From a virus (taxonomy: Duplodnaviria > Caudoviricetes), in the IMG/VR virus record IMGVR_UViG_3300020413_000003, positions 32,001-96,000 of that record: DNA of 64,000 nt. One strand, given 5' to 3'. Shown piece by piece: positions 62,701 through 64,000 of the stretch. The first letter of the stretch is position 1. The number at the start of each line of letters is the position of its first letter. A program made the translations under genes and the position numbers. Below the pieces are notes generated by a model, which was given only the letters and a program-made list of their open reading frames with translations, did no database searches and was not told the origin of the DNA.

Positions 62701-64000
62701 ATGGCAAATAGATTACAATTAAGAAGGGGTGGTGCACAGGAATGGGCAAACTCCAACCCGACTCTTGCACAAGGTGAATTGGGTATAGAATTAGATACTG
62801 GTCGATTTAAGATTGGTGATGGAGTATCAGCATGGAATACCTTGCGATACGAAAGACCTGTTGAATCCATATCTAATACTGCAAACACTCTTGTACAAAG
62901 GGATGCTGACGGTAATTTTGCTGCGGGTGTTATAACTGCGACTCTAATTGGTAACTCTTCAACTGCTGCTAGACTTTCTTCAACTCGACAAATAACTCTA
63001 TCTGATGACCTAAGTGCCACAGGAACATTTGATGGATCACAGAACTTAAACCTTGCTGCAGAACTTTCTTTAGTTGCAACTCTTCCTCATTACGATGGAA
63101 CAGCTTCTTCATCTGGAACTTATAACAAAGTAACTGTAGACGCAAAAGGTAGAATTACCGCAGCGATAGACTATACTACAGGTAATAATGGAACGCTTGC
63201 TGATTACGGTCTAGACGGGACTACAGAGGGTGCTTCTGCTCAACCTTATGATTTAGACCTAGTTGCTATTGCAGGTCTCACAACGACTGGTATGATCGCT
63301 AGAACGTCTGGTGGTGCTATGGCAACCAGAACGATTACTGGTACTGCAGGAAAAATACAAATTAATAATGGTGCAGGTGTTAATGGTAATCCTACTATTA
63401 ACCTTATAACAACTGCTGTAACTCAAGGTAATTATAATACAGAGTCTTTAACTTCTGTTAATGCAGTAGGAGGTAGTAACGAACCATTTGGAACTGAAAC
63501 TGTAAACGCAGTTAAGTTCACTGTTAATGAAGATGGAAGAATAACATCAGCTACTAATCTTCCTATAGCAACTGCTACTGAAGGTAGTAAGTATGGTGCA
63601 TTCAATGGTGCTACTAATTATGTAAGAGATAATATAATTGAAACAGGAAGTAAGGTATATCAAGCGATTCAAGATATTAGTTCTGGAGGAATTGCACCAA
63701 CACATACAGATTCATCTGATACTAATGGTTGGAGATACCTCGCTGCTGCTGCAGTAGAACAAAAAGGTTTAGCATCATTTGCTCAAGAAGATTTTGACGT
63801 AGATTCAAATGGTCATGTTACTATTGCTGCAGTAGGAGTTGATAATAGTCAACTACAGAATAATAGAATTGGATTTGCTGATGGTAATACATTAGAGAAT
63901 TTTGAACTAGATCAGGAATTAACTGCAACAAGCGGATACAGAGGATTTAACTATCTTAACTACGTTAAAGTAAATGACACATCAGGTAATTTACTTTTCG
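62701..64000 (+). CDS. Tail fibre protein, Mtd/hyaluronidase-like N-terminus (3' truncated)
   Basis: MANRLQLRRGGAQEWANSNPTLAQGELGIELDTGRFKIGDGVSAWNTLRY; YNKVTVDAKGRIT fibre repeats; absent from the ORF track, consistent with no stop inside the window. Confidence 0.85.
   Translation, partial: MANRLQLRRGGAQEWANSNPTLAQGELGIELDTGRFKIGDGVSAWNTLRYERPVESISNTANTLVQRDADGNFAAGVITATLIGNSSTAARLSSTRQITLSDDLSATGTFDGSQNLNLAAELSLVATLPHYDGTASSSGTYNKVTVDAKGRITAAIDYTTGNNGTLADYGLDGTTEGASAQPYDLDLVAIAGLTTTGMIARTSGGAMATRTITGTAGKIQINNGAGVNGNPTINLITTAVTQGNYNTESLTSVNAVGGSNEPFGTETVNAVKFTVNEDGRITSATNLPIATATEGSKYGAFNGATNYVRDNIIETGSKVYQAIQDISSGGIAPTHTDSSDTNGWRYLAAAAVEQKGLASFAQEDFDVDSNGHVTIAAVGVDNSQLQNNRIGFADGNTLENFELDQELTATSGYRGFNYLNYVKVNDTSGNLLF

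Noticed and set aside
23150-63020. Numerous short minus-strand and alternate-frame ORFs in the track
   Set aside because: They are shadows of long structural genes with strong codon bias and show no recognisable motifs or RBS.
1-64000. Apparent scarcity of some 4-mers such as CCGG and GCGC as restriction avoidance
   Set aside because: Impression only; low GC and codon bias could explain it; requires Markov-corrected k-mer counts.

Overview
Fragment of a large T4-like myovirus genome, very likely a marine cyanomyovirus (Prochlorococcus/Synechococcus-type, inferred from gene content and style). Essentially all genes are on the + strand. Layout: (1) 1-4.1 kb, a tandem array of eight translationally coupled 2OG-Fe(II)/cupin oxygenases; (2) 4.1-21 kb, an early/accessory region of many small ORFs, a putative PD-(D/E)xK nuclease plus DNA methyltransferase pair, a second methyltransferase, an SF2 helicase, an AbrB-like peptide and a SET-domain protein; it is punctuated by about 11 copies of a palindromic element (TGTGNCA-N10/11-TGNCACA) at a near-fixed 27-30 bp upstream of sigma70 -10 boxes; (3) 21.4-64 kb, the baseplate/tail module (gp25, gp6, an 8033-aa gp7, a gp9/gp10-like protein, a YHYH protein, gp8, a DUF4815/VrlC-like protein and the start of a tail fibre) with T4-type late promoters. 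The most striking signal is inside gp7: 19 copies of a ~110-aa beta-rich Cys/His domain that are not in tandem but recursively inserted into one another. By manual parsing they balance like brackets, up to 7 deep, implying a branched, tree-like virion protein. All calls come from reading motifs by eye; no database search was run.
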